24,000 nt of DNA from Bacillales bacterium UBA7476 (GTDB lineage Bacteria; Bacillota_I; Bacilli_A; RF39; UBA660). Positions 23,791-24,000 of the stretch are shown piece by piece. The stretch is taken from assembly GCA_002477275.1 (NCBI GenBank), contig DLOU01000020.1:21781-45780 (forward strand), in the 5' to 3' direction. The number at the start of each line of letters is the position of its first letter. Positions within the stretch are counted from its first letter, which is position 1. The notes below the pieces were generated by a model. That model saw nothing but the letters and a program-made list of their open reading frames with translations. It did not search any database and was not told the origin of the DNA. The translations under genes and the position numbers were made by a program.

Positions 23791-24000
23791 ATGATTTATC
23801 CATCTATAGATAAATTGCTTAATATCGTCGATTCAAAATATGAACTTGTACATATAGCGGCCAGACGAAGTAAGGAGATTTCTAAAACAGATTACTATCA
23901 AATGCCAGAAGGGGAATATAAATCAAAAAAGAATATTGGAAGAGCACTTGAAGAAGTAGAAAAGGGACTCCTTAAAGTTACGAAAAGCACTAATAATTAG
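23791..24000 (+). CDS. rpoZ: DNA-directed RNA polymerase subunit omega
   Basis: MIYPSIDKLLNIVDSKYELVHIAARRSKEI matches the Firmicute RpoZ N-terminus (M.YPSID.LL..VDSKY.LV..AAKRAR). The SD is GGGAG. The TAG stop falls at the window end. Confidence 0.85.
   Translation: MIYPSIDKLLNIVDSKYELVHIAARRSKEISKTDYYQMPEGEYKSKKNIGRALEEVEKGLLKVTKSTNN

Noticed and set aside
1-24000. Possibility of genetic code 4 (UGA=Trp), given the extreme AT-richness and Mollicutes-like feel
   Set aside because: recA, rny, rnj, ftsY, ffh, pgsA and murE are all full length with no in-frame TGA. TGA terminates the murE-type gene at the expected C-terminus. This is consistent with the standard code 11.

Overview
This is a strongly AT-rich chromosomal window from a low-GC Gram-positive bacterium (Bacillota), read in the standard code. 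All conserved genes are intact with UGA as stop. No homology search was possible, so family calls rest on motifs read from the translations.

Most of the window is housekeeping, and the gene order recalls Bacillus subtilis:
- gpsB, then RNase P RNA (rnpB).
- rodZ/ymfM-like, pgsA, recA (with a LexA/Cheo box and no cinA), a murE-type ligase, then rny. rny is convergent with rnj.
- ftsY, ylxM, ffh.
- rpoZ at the right edge.

Poorly characterised genes are interspersed among these:
1. An orphan HerA/FtsK-superfamily (DUF87-like) ATPase with its own promoter and terminator splits ylxM from ffh. It carries a P/Q/N-rich C-terminal tail of about 240 aa with tandem NG[FL]NLMSQPE motifs.
2. A ClpX-family AAA+ module lacks both the zinc-binding domain and the whole Walker A segment. 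It is separated by a 1-nt frame offset, inside an A-rich tract, from an upstream ORF of unknown fold.
3. A CotD-family Cys/His-rich small protein and two unknown genes follow ffh where rpsP-rimM-trmD-rplS is normally found.
4. A tightly coupled three-gene operon encodes a VTC domain protein, a DUF4956 membrane protein and a secreted beta-helix protein.
5. A surface transglutaminase-like protein has an LRR-like region, a TM anchor and a Tyr-cluster cytoplasmic tail.
6. A Lys/Glu-rich 3-TM protein sits between ftsY and ylxM.

I saw no tRNA, rRNA, CRISPR array, transposase or integrase. The HerA-like cassette and the Walker-A-less ClpX-like locus are the best candidates for something undescribed, but neither can be assigned a function from sequence alone.
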